Part shown: positions 10,523 through 22,689 of the stretch, piece by piece
Layout of the letters: every line of letters begins with the position of its first letter
Numbering within the stretch: position 1 is the first letter of the stretch
DNA from: Octopus sinensis
Taxonomy: Eukaryota
NCBI RefSeq assembly: GCF_006345805.1
Contig: NW_021836567.1
Span: forward strand, 1-23,586
Reading direction: 5' to 3'
DNA: 23,586 nt
Position numbers and translations under genes: made by a program
Notes under the pieces: generated by a model
Database searches by the model: none
What the model saw: only the letters and a program-made list of their open reading frames with translations
What the model was told of the DNA's origin: nothing

Positions 10523-10649
10523 ATTAATTAGCTTCTCTTCCGTTTCAGCCACTCCAGATATGACAGTCCAATATGACAGACCTCGTGATTTCAACACGGC
10601 TTGCTTTCAGACAGAAGTAAGCGATCTCATGTGCGATCTAATGTAAAAG

Positions 10650-12170
<1,521 letters not shown>

Positions 12171-12269
12171 ACTCGAGTCGAATCGATGGATCTTCAGCCA
12201 ATTTCGACGATGACTTTTCCTTTTGTTCAGTTGACAGAAGTATTAACAGATTACACTAAGCGGTAACTG

Positions 12270-12670
12270 GTTCGAAATTTGCTAAAGTGGGTGCAAACTC
12301 AGGCCCCCCAAATTTTTACAAATAAGGTAATGTTTATTTATTTATTTATATTCTTTGTTAATGTTAAAGTTAAAGTTAATTTTGGGGGGTCAAAAAGCAA
12401 AAGCAAGGCCATGTAGGGGGACATGGAGTTATGTACAGGGAGGGTGTTCATGCAAAGAGTTCAGGCCATTTCTGGTCAAGAGAGTCTTTGAACCGAGCGG
12501 TCGTCTTTGAGAAGAAACCTAATTCAAGCTATTTAGGGATCACTTTTTGATCAATGTCTTCTAAACCTGAGAAAAGTAAGTAGGGGTGCAAATTTTGATT
12601 TTGCACCCAACAAAAATCTTAGAGGGTACGCTTGCATCCCCTGTACCCCCTGTTCCCGGACCCATGTTCG
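12270..12670. mobile_element. Possible hAT-like non-autonomous DNA transposon remnant
   Basis: The GC-rich end CCCCTGTACCCCCTGTTCCCGGACCCATG and the hairpin GGGGTGCAAATTTTGATTTTGCACCC resemble hAT-type termini. No matching TIR or TSD was identified. Confidence 0.3.
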
Positions 12671-12719
12671 CAGTAGTGACTCCGTATTCTGAAGACGTTC
12701 GTACTTTTTCTGCAGTGTT

Positions 12720-13322
12720 TGTATGTGTGTATTTGTATGTATGTATGCATGTATGTATGTATGCATGTATGCATGTATGTATGTATGTATGTATGTATGT
12801 ATGTGTGTGTGTATGTATGTATGTATGTTGTGTGTGTATGTATGTATGTATGATGTATGTATGTATGTGTGTATGCATGTATGTATGTATGCATGTATGT
12901 ATGTATGTATGTATGTATGTATGTATGTATGTATGTATGTGTGTGTGTATGTATGTATGTATGATGTATGTATGTGATGTGTGTATGCCATGTATGTATG
13001 TATGCATGTATGTATGTATGTATGTATGTATGTAGGTGTGTGTATGTGTATGTATGTATGTATGTATGTATGTAGTATGTATGTATGTATGTATGTATGT
13101 ATGTATGTATGTATGTATGTATGTATGGTGTGTGTGTGTATGTATGTATGTATGTATGTATGTATGTATGTATGTATGTATGTATGTATTGTATGTAGTA
13201 TGTTGTATGTATGTATTGTATGTATGTATGTGTGCTGATGGTATGTATGTATGTATGTATGTATGTAGTATGTATGTATGTATATATGTATGTATGTATG
13301 TATGTGGTGTGTGTGTGTATGT
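12720..13322. repeat. (TATG)n microsatellite, about 600 bp
   Basis: Direct reading. Confidence 0.95.
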
Positions 13323-13325
13323 AGA

Positions 13326-13455
13326 AACCAAGCCAAATCAGACTGGAACCTGGTGCAGCTCTCCGCTTTACCCGTTTCAGTCAAACCGTCTAACCCATGC
13401 CAGCATGGAAAGCAGACGTTAAATGATGATGATGATCATGATCATGATGGTAATG
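13326..13455 (+). mobile_element. 3' end of an RTE-type LINE (or its partner SINE)
   Basis: The terminal stem-loop CCATGC-CA-GCATGG is followed by GACGTTAAA and a (GAT)n tail, typical of RTE 3' ends. Confidence 0.7.
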
Positions 13456-13477
13456 ATATATATATATATACACACAC

Positions 13478-13848
13478 ATTGGGTCATCCCATTAATGCGG
13501 TGTTTTCAATTGCATGGAATAAAAGTCGGAGGGGGACGGGATAAACTACATGCATCAACTTGCTATAAAAGCAGGCAATAATTTTAGCCTGTCCTTATTC
13601 TTAGTGCAAGTTCTGAAGAGTGCAGTTCGATTTTAGCAGTTATTTTTTCCAAGCTCTAATGGAAGGAACAATAAATGAGTTCAATAAAGGCAACAACACA
13701 ACGGAAAGTGCGAGGAATATTAATGCAGTATATGGGGATCGGACAATAGACGTACGTCAGTGTCAACTGTGATTCCAGAAATTCCGAGCCGGAAACTACA
13801 TCCTAGAAGACGAACCTAGTCCTGGAAGATCTGTAGAACTCGACAAGG
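13478..13848 (+). mobile_element. Mariner 5' fragment (second subfamily)
   Basis: Translates EFNKGNNTTESARNINAVYGDRTIDVRQCQL*FQKFRAGNYILEDEPSPGRSVELD, a mariner N-terminal helix-turn-helix region with an in-frame stop. Confidence 0.8.
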
Positions 13849-13874
13849 GCCTGAAATTGTTGGGAGGGTGGCTA

Positions 13875-14000
13875 GTCGAGTTCATCAACACCAGTGCTTA
13901 ACCGGTACTTATTTTATCGCCCCAGAAATGATAAAAGGAAAAGTCGACCTTGGCGGCATTTGAACTCAGAACGTAAAGACGGGCGTATTGCCGCGAAGCT
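13875..14000 (-). mobile_element. SINE family A fragment
   Basis: AAAGTCGACCTTGGCGGCATTTGAACTCAGAACGTAA matches the 9528 copy. Confidence 0.7.
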
Positions 14001-14251
14001 GTAAATATCACATGTAGAAAAGACGATAAGATGGAATGGCGCCTTTGGTTCATTAATTAGTGTAATCAATGAGAGAACTCGTTATTCAGTCGACGGTTAT
14101 GTAAACTTAAAATTCTGAGTGCCATGTCTAAGATTCATGAGGTCAACAAACACACTTACAGTGTTGTCTCTCTGACCACCACACCCAAGAGTAATCAGGC
14201 AAGTCAATGAGTGCAAGCGTCTTTGAACATCACTTGTTCGTTGGGCGGTGG

Positions 14252-14450
14252 TTAGTGTTGTTGTTGTTGGTGGTGGTGGTGGTGGTGATGGTAGTGGTGG
14301 TGGTCGTCGTTGTTGTCGTGGTCGTGGTGGTCGTGGTCGTGGTGGTTGTAGTGGTGGTGGTCGTGGTGGTGGTGGTGGCGGCGGCGGCGGCGGCGGTAGC
14401 TGTAGTGATGATGCAATTGGTATTGCTGTCATCGTCGTCATCATCGTCAA
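14252..14450. repeat. Compound trinucleotide repeat (GTT/GGT/GTC/GGC)n
   Basis: Direct reading. Confidence 0.9.
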
Positions 14451-14564
14451 AAGACATTCCAGTCGTGGACTTCCTGTCTTATGTTTTCTAAGACACACTT
14501 TATGTAGGACAACAGTATCCAATATATTCTCTTTTCTTTAATGACAGTACAGTATGGCGCAGAA

Positions 14565-14728
14565 GACGCAAGAGTGGCTGTGTGTAAAAGTAGCTTGCCT
14601 ACCAACCACATGGTACCGGTTCAGTCCCACTGCTTGGCACCTTGGGCAAGTGTCTTCTACTATAGCCTCGGGCCGACCAAAGCCTTGTGAGTGGATTTGG
14701 TAGACGGAAACTGAAAACAAGCCCGTCG

Positions 14729-14820
<92 letters not shown>

Positions 14821-15017
14821 TTTGTCCCCCAACATCGCTTGACAACCGATGCTGGTGTGTTTATGTCCCCGTTACTTAGCGGTTCGGCAAAAGAGACCGA
14901 TAGAATAAGTACTAGGCTTACAAAGAATAAGTCCTGGGGTCGATTGGCTCGACTAAAGGCGGTGCTCCAGCATGGCCGCAGTCAAATGACTGAAACAAGT
15001 AAAAAAGTAAAGAGAGA
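14565..15017 (+). mobile_element. Full-length SINE family B with internal (TA)n(TG)n microsatellite
   Basis: tRNA head, CORE-like CCTTGGGCAAGTGTCTT, internal microsatellite at about 14727-14817, and 3' body ending GACTGAAACAAGTAAAAAAGTAAAG. Confidence 0.9.
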
Positions 15018-15078
15018 GTATGATTCAGGGATTATTTGGTTGCTATTTCTGGTAGATTAAATCGCCTATTTAAATTGG

Positions 15079-15256
15079 CTATTTTCTATTGACCAATCAA
15101 TATGCATATTATTATTCCTCAGATTGTATATTTCTATTGGCCAATTAGAATGTCCGTTTCTATTGATCAGTTAGAATCTACGTTGCTACTGGCCAGGTAG
15201 AATGTATATTCCTGTTGGTCATTTACAATGTATATTTCTGTTGCTTAATTAAGCTG
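15079..15256. repeat. Degenerate 26-bp minisatellite with ATTGG/CCAAT core
   Basis: Five contiguous 26-nt units at 15127-15256 (best unit TATATTTCTATTGGCCAATTAGAATG) plus one upstream unit. Confidence 0.8.
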
Positions 15257-15324
15257 ATCCAGTCTATTTACGATTTTTTTTTACGTTTTTAAATCCGCTT
15301 CTATCAGTTCCAATTCCTTCACCA

Positions 15325-15517
15325 CCATTATTATTATTGTTGTTGTTGTTGTTGTTGTTATTGTTATTGTTATTGTTATTGTTGTTATTATTGTTATTAT
15401 TATTGTTGTTGTTGTTGTTGTTACAATTTTTATTGTTATTAATATTATTGTTTTTCTTGTTGTTATTATTGTTGTTAATATTATTATTGTGTTATTATTA
15501 TTATTGTTTTTATTATT

Positions 15518-15587
<70 letters not shown>

Positions 15588-15627
15588 TGTTGATATTATT
15601 ATTAGTATTTTATTATTATTATTATTA

Positions 15628-15723
<96 letters not shown>

Positions 15724-15728
15724 TATTA

Positions 15729-15787
<59 letters not shown>
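15325..15787. repeat. (TTG)n/(TTA)n/(TAG)n trinucleotide microsatellite
   Basis: Direct reading. Confidence 0.95.
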
Positions 15788-15788
<1 letters not shown>

Positions 15789-15990
15789 GGCGGCGGCGAG
15801 CTCACAGAATCGTTAGCACGAAATAAACGAAATGTTTAGCGATATTTTACCCGTCACTACGTTCTGAGTTTAAATTCCACCGCGGTCGACTTTGCCTTTC
15901 AACCCATTGAAGATTGATAAAATTAGGTAGCAGTTGAGCAATGGGTTTCTTTTAATCGAGTTAGCCCCTTTGGGCCAAAATTTGAAACCA
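15789..15990 (+). mobile_element. Diverged SINE family A copy
   Basis: GGCGGCGAGCTCACAGAATCGTTAGCAC...GTTCTGAGTTTAAATTCCACCGCGGTCGACTTTGCCTTTC. Confidence 0.8.
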
Positions 15991-16321
15991 GAATTTGTGT
16001 TAAGGAGACGACACAAACATTGTCTCATCAACACAAACCTGTGTTTATCCATCACATGATGGTCGTCTGCATTACAGATTCTTTTTTTTTTTTTGCAAGT
16101 AAAGGGAAATAACTTTCCCAGTGCATACGGAGTTATCTCCCTTGCATTGAATAGCCATTCTTCTTCTTTGATAACGAATTGCATGAATGTATTTTTGACG
16201 ACGGAGACCAGTCATCTCTAATGTTCTCGTGTTCTGAGTTCTATTTACTGTTCAAATTCACTTGGAGCTTATATGTGGTCGCTCGAAGTGCTGAAAACAG
16301 CAGCCAGATCTCATACAAATC

Positions 16322-16327
16322 GTGGTG

Positions 16328-16381
<54 letters not shown>

Positions 16382-16412
16382 CTAGTAGTAGTAGTAGCAG
16401 CAGCAGCAGCAG
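16322..16412. repeat. (GGT)n(AGT)n(AGC)n microsatellite
   Basis: Direct reading. Confidence 0.95.
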
Positions 16413-16564
16413 TTCCTTACGCAGTCTCCAGGATGTGGGAAAATACAAACTGTATATAATTTGATACAAAGTTAACATATTAACCTGATGAGGAACTGTG
16501 ATGTTGCAGTATTCATGTTTTTTCCCCACAAAGGCCCTTATGGTTTCAAGCAAACTGTCCGGCA

Positions 16565-16757
16565 TTCGCCATGATGGATCGGTAACCACTACACACATTT
16601 TTTTCTCTCCTTGTTTCTTTCTGTGTTCCTTTCTGTGGAAGAACGTAGGCTCGAAACGTTAAAGACTTTTTCAATTCCCAAGCGTTATACTAACACATCT
16701 GTTTGTTTTCAACACCATCTGTCTTCGTTTTGTTGTTGTTTTTTTCGTGAATTCTCC
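16565..16757 (+). mobile_element. Penelope-like terminal-repeat remnant (homologous to 21890-22085)
   Basis: GCCATGATGGATCGGTAACCACTACAC...TTCGTGAATTCTCC aligns with the 21890 copy, carries a hammerhead-like motif and abuts (TA)n. Confidence 0.6.
16629..16664 (+). ncRNA. Minimal hammerhead-like motif (core CUGUGGA; stem II carries a mismatch)
   Basis: Stem I CTTT/AAAG; CTGTGGA+A; GAAC-GTAG-GCTC; GAA-ACGT-T. Confidence 0.5.
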
Positions 16758-16762
16758 GATAT

Positions 16763-16807
<45 letters not shown>

Positions 16808-17442
16808 TTACCTCAGCATAAAACCGCGTAAATCTTCTATTGCATTAACATTAAATAAATCATAAAGCAACCATTGTTTGTAAAATTTAATACTAAACTA
16901 ATACACAAACAACTATTGCCCTATCACGAACAAAATACTCCTGAAACAATAACAAAACTCCCATCAAATATTTATAAACCTTTTACTAAAATTTCCACAA
17001 CTTCTCCAAATATGGGAGAGAAAATAAAATGTGGATTTTTTTTCCCTTTTTTTTTAAATTTTTAATTTTAATCATTTTATCCGTGAATGCATAAATACAT
17101 AGGTTAGTGTGTTGTGAAACAGAATCTGAGTGCTGCTTCAGTATGTGTAAGTACGTGTCTTGAATCACATAAATTAATTATGCAAATTGATTGATCCAAA
17201 TTTGTCTGGGCCAAAATTCTTGTTATTAATAAAATTACAACCATAAAAATCAGTTTTTCTTTATTCAGAACGTCATCAATGTTAATCAATGTTCATCTCA
17301 ATAAGTATGTGTGTGTGTGTGTTTGTCACTATATGTGTTTGAGTGTACGCCATATGAAAAGTTGGCCGTCAATTCGGAGTTTCGCCTTAAACTAGGGTAA
17401 AACTCGGAATACATTGTCGACTTATGATACAATAAACATATA

Positions 17443-17969
17443 CCGTCAATCTTCGAGTATAGTCCGCCCTTGAGTATGATACGCAGGGGATTTTTAGGGG
17501 GCTGTACTTCTGAAAAACCTAAACCTTGTGTATAATACGCACCCCTTCTCTAACTTGAGTCGTATGTAATTAAGCCAGCAGCACCTAGTCGAACAAACAC
17601 TTCCGCGCATGCGTAAGACAATAATGGTGATGTTCTTAACTGTAATATAGGAATGTAAATATCTTTGCAAATTGTTTTTTTTTTTTTACATGTTATTCTG
17701 TATTCTGAATAGTTTTATTTTAATAAATGTTGCTCTCTGCAAGTTATGGATGATTCTTTTATGAGTTCATTGCTTTCAGGCTTAGCTTAAGGTATTTTCG
17801 CTCCCGACATCACAAAATGCGTCTGAATAAACATTGCCGGACAGCAAATAGAGACTTGGACATTGCTTAGAAAATATTTTTCATTTTTAACCTCGTATAT
17901 AGTACGCACTAGGGATTTTGACCTTTAAATTTTGGGGAAAAAGTGCGGATTATACTCGAGGATTTGCGG
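17443..17969. mobile_element. 527-bp Tc2/pogo-type MITE
   Basis: TA flanks at 17441-42 and 17970-71. The TIRs CCGTCAATCTTCGAGTATAGTCCGC and (reverse complement) CCGCAAATCCTCGAGTATAATCCGC are 25 bp with 4 mismatches. Confidence 0.8.
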
Positions 17970-18448
17970 TAAGCATATCTATAAACACAACTCACAATAC
18001 TGAACACTTTATCAGATAATGTTTGAACTACGCAAAATATATTTTAAATATATTTTACAACTCATACAATGCAACACATACATACATATACACACACACA
18101 CACACACTCACATATACATACATATATACATATATATATATTTATAATGTATCTATGTGTGTATAAACGTGTGTCTGCATGTAAGTGTGCAGTAGCTTGC
18201 TTTAACCGTTCTCATATAATACAGTTTGCTGGAAGGCATGATACAATGCAAAAGAATGTATTTATAATCCTTATGCTTCCGTATATTTCGAGTAATTTAC
18301 TGATCGACATAGGAGATAGATCGTGAAATATGGGCACGTCTGCCATAATTTTGGCCACGGAACGTAACGTAGGTAACTTTTGGATAAATGTTATTCTCAG
18401 AAAAAGGCCCAAGCCAACGACCCAGAGTGGATCGGTTACACCAACGTA

Positions 18449-18451
<3 letters not shown>

Positions 18452-18485
<34 letters not shown>

Positions 18486-18486
18486 T

Positions 18487-18543
<57 letters not shown>

Positions 18544-18645
18544 CTACTACTACTACTGGTGCTGCTACTTTTGCTACCACTAACACTACTTCTTCTACTA
18601 CTACCACATTACCGACGTCGTTGCTGCTTATGTTACTATTACTAC
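18452..18645. repeat. (ACT)n microsatellite
   Basis: Direct reading. Confidence 0.95.
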
Positions 18646-18684
18646 AAAAAGGAATTTTAATCCTCTGATACTATTTAAACTGTT

Positions 18685-18723
18685 TTCTTCCGTCGAAGGG
18701 TATGTTACTCGAAATATTAGGAA
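18685..18723 (+). ncRNA. Minimal hammerhead-like motif, distinct sequence variant (core CCGUCGA)
   Basis: Stem I TTCTT/AGGAA (one G-U); CCGTCGA+A; stem II GGGTA-TGT-TACTC (one G-U); GAA; palindromic stem III ATAT; then T. Confidence 0.45.
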
Positions 18724-19121
18724 TTATTAAGTTATACATTTTTTCGCATTGTAGGAAGCTTTCTAAGACAATTTACCCGCGCGCGCGCGATTGTGTGTGT
18801 GTGTGTGTCTGTCTGCCTGTGTGAATATATATACATATGTATGCATGTATTACATATATGTACTTGTAAGTCTCAATGCATATTTTGGCTCGATGTTTAA
18901 ATCAATTTACGTGTGACTCAATGTATACGCGTCTTCGCTTGCCGATATATATCTATGTATGTATGTTCGTAGGTGTATGTGGACGTGTATGTGTGTGGTG
19001 TATGCGTGACAGTTTTATCAAATGTTTGCTTTAAAATGTAAAAAATTTTAATTTTCCAAAATATCCCCCGAAATAGTCTCTGAAGTTTTTTATCTTCTTA
19101 ACCAAGTTTTTTTCAATTTGA

Positions 19122-19127
19122 TTTATT
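19122..19127 (-). promoter_or_regulatory. Candidate polyadenylation signal AATAAA for the RERG-like gene
   Basis: An AATAAA about 200 nt downstream of the stop on the minus strand. The context is AT-rich, so it may be chance. Confidence 0.3.
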
Positions 19128-19322
19128 TTATCATAATTTAACAGTTCAATATCATTTTAATTATTGATTCCATCAACATCATTATAATTATTGATGTTTC
19201 CCACCATTCTTTCTTTCTTTCTTTCTCACTTTTGGGTAATCAAATTTTTTGGGGAAAATAAACACAAACATTTTTCTTTTTCAATGGAAAGAGGACGTTG
19301 GTTGGGTGAATCTCTGCCGGGT

Positions 19323-19730
19323 TCAAGTTGGTCCCTGAATTTTGAACATTTTGCTAAACGCTTGCCGAACCTGCTGGGCTGAACTCCGTCTCCGGGGTTT
19401 CCCTTCCATTTGTTTTCGTCGTTTTATATCCCGATGTAAGTCTTGAAAAGCTTCAGAAATCTCACAGATACAGTCACTGGCGGACGTTTCAAAGAATGCA
19501 CAGGACAGCTCAATGGCCAACTGTCGGCCTTCAGACGATGTAACTTTCCTTTCGTGTAGTAAGTCGGTCTTGTTTCCCACTAAAACACAGTGGACGTTTG
19601 TTCGTTTCACCTGGTCCAGGTATTGTTTAATGTCTTTGACTTCATCAAAGCTGTCTCGGTCATTCACTGCATAAACCACAATGAAACCGTCTGCCCATCG
19701 AATCACTCCTTCACGGTGGATGCTGTCGTC
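19323..19730 (-). CDS. RERG: Terminal coding exon of a RERG-like (Ras-related, estrogen-regulated growth inhibitor family) small GTPase
   Basis: The 135-aa exon DDSIHREGVIRWADGFIVVY...LVGNKTD (G4)...FFETSAS (G5)...EGKPRRRSSAQQVRQAFSKM parallels recalled human RERG [20 protein letters not shown]...[20 protein letters not shown] and has no CAAX box. A pyrimidine tract plus CAG acceptor lies at 19731-33 (phase 0, just after the expected DTAGQ), so the track's ATG at 19736 is intronic. The TGA stop is at 19323-25. Confidence 0.88.
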   Translation of the reverse strand, partial: DDSIHREGVIRWADGFIVVYAVNDRDSFDEVKDIKQYLDQVKRTNVHCVLVGNKTDLLHERKVTSSEGRQLAIELSCAFFETSASDCICEISEAFQDLHRDIKRRKQMEGKPRRRSSAQQVRQAFSKMFKIQGPT

Positions 19731-20035
19731 CTGCATCAGATGAAAGAGAACAGAAAATTAATAAAAATTTATGTAAAATGTCAAAAAGGTTTTGTGTATA
19801 TTTGTAGACAATTACATACCAGAACTAATCAAAAATGATACAAAATTCATTAAAAAGACTGTGTGGATGCAAATTTTAGTTAAAATTAAAACTCGTAAAG
19901 CTAAGCCTAAATTTAGTTAAAGTTTAAACTCAATTTAAACCTGCACTTAAAATTCGTTTAAACCTAAACTTCGTTTAATTCAACCGAGGTTTGGTTTAAA
20001 CCTAAAGAAAATACACCAATCTTCATAAATTACTG

Positions 20036-20503
20036 ACTCTTTTACTCTTTTACTTGTTTCAGTCATTTGACTGTGGCCATGCTGGAGCACCGCCTTTAGT
20101 CGAGCAAATCGATCCCGGGTCTTATTCTTTGTAAGCCTAGTACTTATTCTATCGGTCTCTTTTGCCGAACCGCTAAGTTACGGGGACGTAAACACACCAG
20201 CATCGACTGTCAAGCGATGTTGTGGGGACAAACACACACACACAAACACACACACACGCACACACACACAAGCACACACACACATACATACATGCATACA
20301 TACATACATACATACATACACGCACACATATATATACATATATACGACGGGCTTCTTTCAGTTTCCGTCTACCAAATCCAGTCTCAAGGCTTTGGTCGGA
20401 CCGTGGCTATAGTAGAAGACACTTGCCTAAGGTGCCACGCAGTGGGACTGAACCCAGAACCATATGGTTGGTAAGTAAGCTACCACACAGCCACTCCTAC
20501 GCC
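20036..20503 (-). mobile_element. Full-length SINE family B
   Basis: Reverse complement of the 14565 element, with an internal (CA)n/(TACA)n tract and an (AGTAAAAG)n-like tail. Confidence 0.9.
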
Positions 20504-20576
20504 AACAAACTCCAAGGACCCACATTGCAGTCCTGCTCACACACATATAGGATGGCGTTGCCACTACACACACACA

Positions 20577-20613
<37 letters not shown>

Positions 20614-21121
20614 CACACACACACACATACGCACACTAACATTCCACACATACACAACATTTCTGCTCATACATGTAATTGTAGGACATTTGTTATTGTT
20701 ACACATACATACAAGCATGCATAGCTCACTCTACAGTACTGACTGCCAACTTACAGTTTAACAGTGTTTCTGATACAGACATTCAAGCATCCTTGACTCG
20801 CATCTCCCACGCCCCAAGAAAGCCATCAGATCCATTGGCGAAGGCACACCAAAACACTACTAGTTCACAAACCAATAGTGTTGAGATCACCACTACTTTA
20901 TTATCTCCCCTTCTTCCTAGCTCCCCTGTGTGACCCCTCTGTCCGTCATTTGCAGCTTTCTCTTTCAGTGTTTCCTACCACAGCTACAACAGCAATCGCT
21001 GTAGTAATTCTCTCATCCCCACCACAAATACTAGCACACAGACACGCTGTTTACCATGTGTGTATGTATACACATATATATACATATATATATGTACATA
21101 CATATATACATATATTTTTTT

Positions 21122-21343
21122 CTTTTTATTTATTTGTTTCAGTCATTTGACTGCGGCCATGCTGGTGCACCGCATTTAGTCGAGCAAGTCGACCCCAGGA
21201 CTTATTCTTTTTAAGCCTTGTACTTATTCTATTGGTCTCTCTTACCGAACCGCTAGGTGATGGGGACGTAAACACACCAGCACGGTTGTCAAGCAATGTT
21301 GGCGGGGACAAACACAGACACAGACACACAACCACACACACCA

Positions 21344-21424
<81 letters not shown>

Positions 21425-21605
21425 ATATATATATATGTATATACGACAGGCTTATTTCAGTTTCCGTCTGCCAGATCCATTCACAGGCTTTGGTCGGCCC
21501 GAGGCTATAGTAGAAGACACTTGCCCAAGATACCACGCAGTGGGACTGAAACCGGAAACATGTGGTTGGAAAGCAAGCTACTTACCGCACAGCCATTCCT
21601 GCGCC
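21122..21605 (-). mobile_element. Full-length SINE family B
   Basis: Same architecture as the other copies; internal (TA)n at about 21350-21440. Confidence 0.9.
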
Positions 21606-21819
21606 TATATATATATATATATATACATACCATCACACCACACACCACCTATTCACACAATACCACCTCACATTACACCACCACGCACACAATAGCACTG
21701 ACCACTTCCCGGCACCCACACCATCATCCACACATCTACACATGCACACGTCAAGGTCATCAGCCCTCTCCCACGTACACATAGATGCTCTCTTATACAC
21801 CCGCACGCGCACCTTCGTT

Positions 21820-22085
21820 TTGAGATCACCACTACTTTATTATCTCCCCTTCTTCCTAGCTTCCCTGTGTGACCCCTCTGTCGTCATTTGCCATGATAGA
21901 TCGCTAGCCACTACACATTCTTTATTTTCTCTCCCTGTTTCTTTCTGTGTTCCTTTCTGTGGAAGAGCATAGGCTCGAAACGTTAAAGACTTTTTCACTT
22001 CCCGAGCGTTAAACGAATACATCTGTTTATTGTCTACACCACCTGTCCTTCGTTTTTGTTTGATTTTTTCGTGAATTCTCCCCCT
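21820..22085 (+). mobile_element. Penelope-like terminal-repeat remnant
   Basis: Homologous to 16565-16757 from about 21890 onward. It contains a hammerhead-like motif and is followed by a (TA)n field. Its first 72 bp are duplicated at 20881-20953. Confidence 0.6.
21953..21988 (+). ncRNA. Minimal type I hammerhead-like motif (core CUGUGGA, all stems intact)
   Basis: Stem I CTTT/AAAG; CTGTGGA+A; GAGC-ATAG-GCTC; GAA-ACGT-T. Confidence 0.6.
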
Positions 22086-22094
22086 GTACGTATG

Positions 22095-22098
22095 CATG

Positions 22099-22142
<44 letters not shown>

Positions 22143-22148
22143 TTACAT

Positions 22149-22215
<67 letters not shown>

Positions 22216-22240
22216 TTACATATATACATTTACATATATA

Positions 22241-22281
<41 letters not shown>

Positions 22282-22296
22282 CAATCTATATATTAC

Positions 22297-22360
<64 letters not shown>

Positions 22361-22375
22361 ATATCATATATATAT
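22095..22375. repeat. (TA)n/(TG)n microsatellite
   Basis: Direct reading. Confidence 0.95.
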
Positions 22376-22389
22376 TTTTGAAGGAAACG

Positions 22390-22660
22390 GTAAATGGATT
22401 TGGTACGAATCTTTATTCTAGACGTTCTTATAGAATTCTACCCATCTACAAGAACGTCTAGAATTTAGATCTCTAAGAATATTTCCTTGCAAGCACCAGA
22501 GTTTGGCAAATGTTAATGACTCTATCACAGAATTAATATTTACATAATAAGGAAGCCCAGGAAATCTTTGTTGTTTTAAGATGATTTCCACGAGGGTGGG
22601 GAAGGAAGAATTGCGAAGAACTCTTCGACATCTCCGTGGGTAGTTTATGAAACTGCGATG
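22390..22660 (+). pseudogene. Penelope-like reverse transcriptase fragment, copy 1 (frameshifted)
   Basis: Across shifting frames it reads [12 protein letters not shown] (22412-), IYIIRKPRKSLLF* (to about 22579) and WGRKNCEELFDISVGS (to 22644). These match recalled PLE RT motifs FDIVEFYPSI / IIxHARKSLLF / WxKK..LFDVTMGS. Confidence 0.7.
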
Positions 22661-22689
22661 TTCTTCTCTGGAGATATCACAATACCAAC

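Noticed and set aside
14159-14235. Possible minus-strand exon ending at a GTAAGT donor (LIDLPDYSWVWW frame)
   Set aside because: There is no pyrimidine-rich acceptor, it abuts a trinucleotide repeat, and I recognise no homology.
16484-16520. CTGATGAGG, a canonical hammerhead core start
   Set aside because: There is no following stem II hairpin with GAAA and no stem I partner.
17103-17147. Possible plus-strand micro-exon before GTAAGT at about 17148
   Set aside because: The acceptor is weak, the AT-rich context gives many chance sites, and the peptide is unrecognised.
19731-19736. ATG start of the 137-aa ORF given in the track
   Set aside because: It lies in the splice acceptor (ATGCAG|GAC). 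The protein lacks G1-G3 motifs, so this is a spliced terminal exon, not a whole gene.
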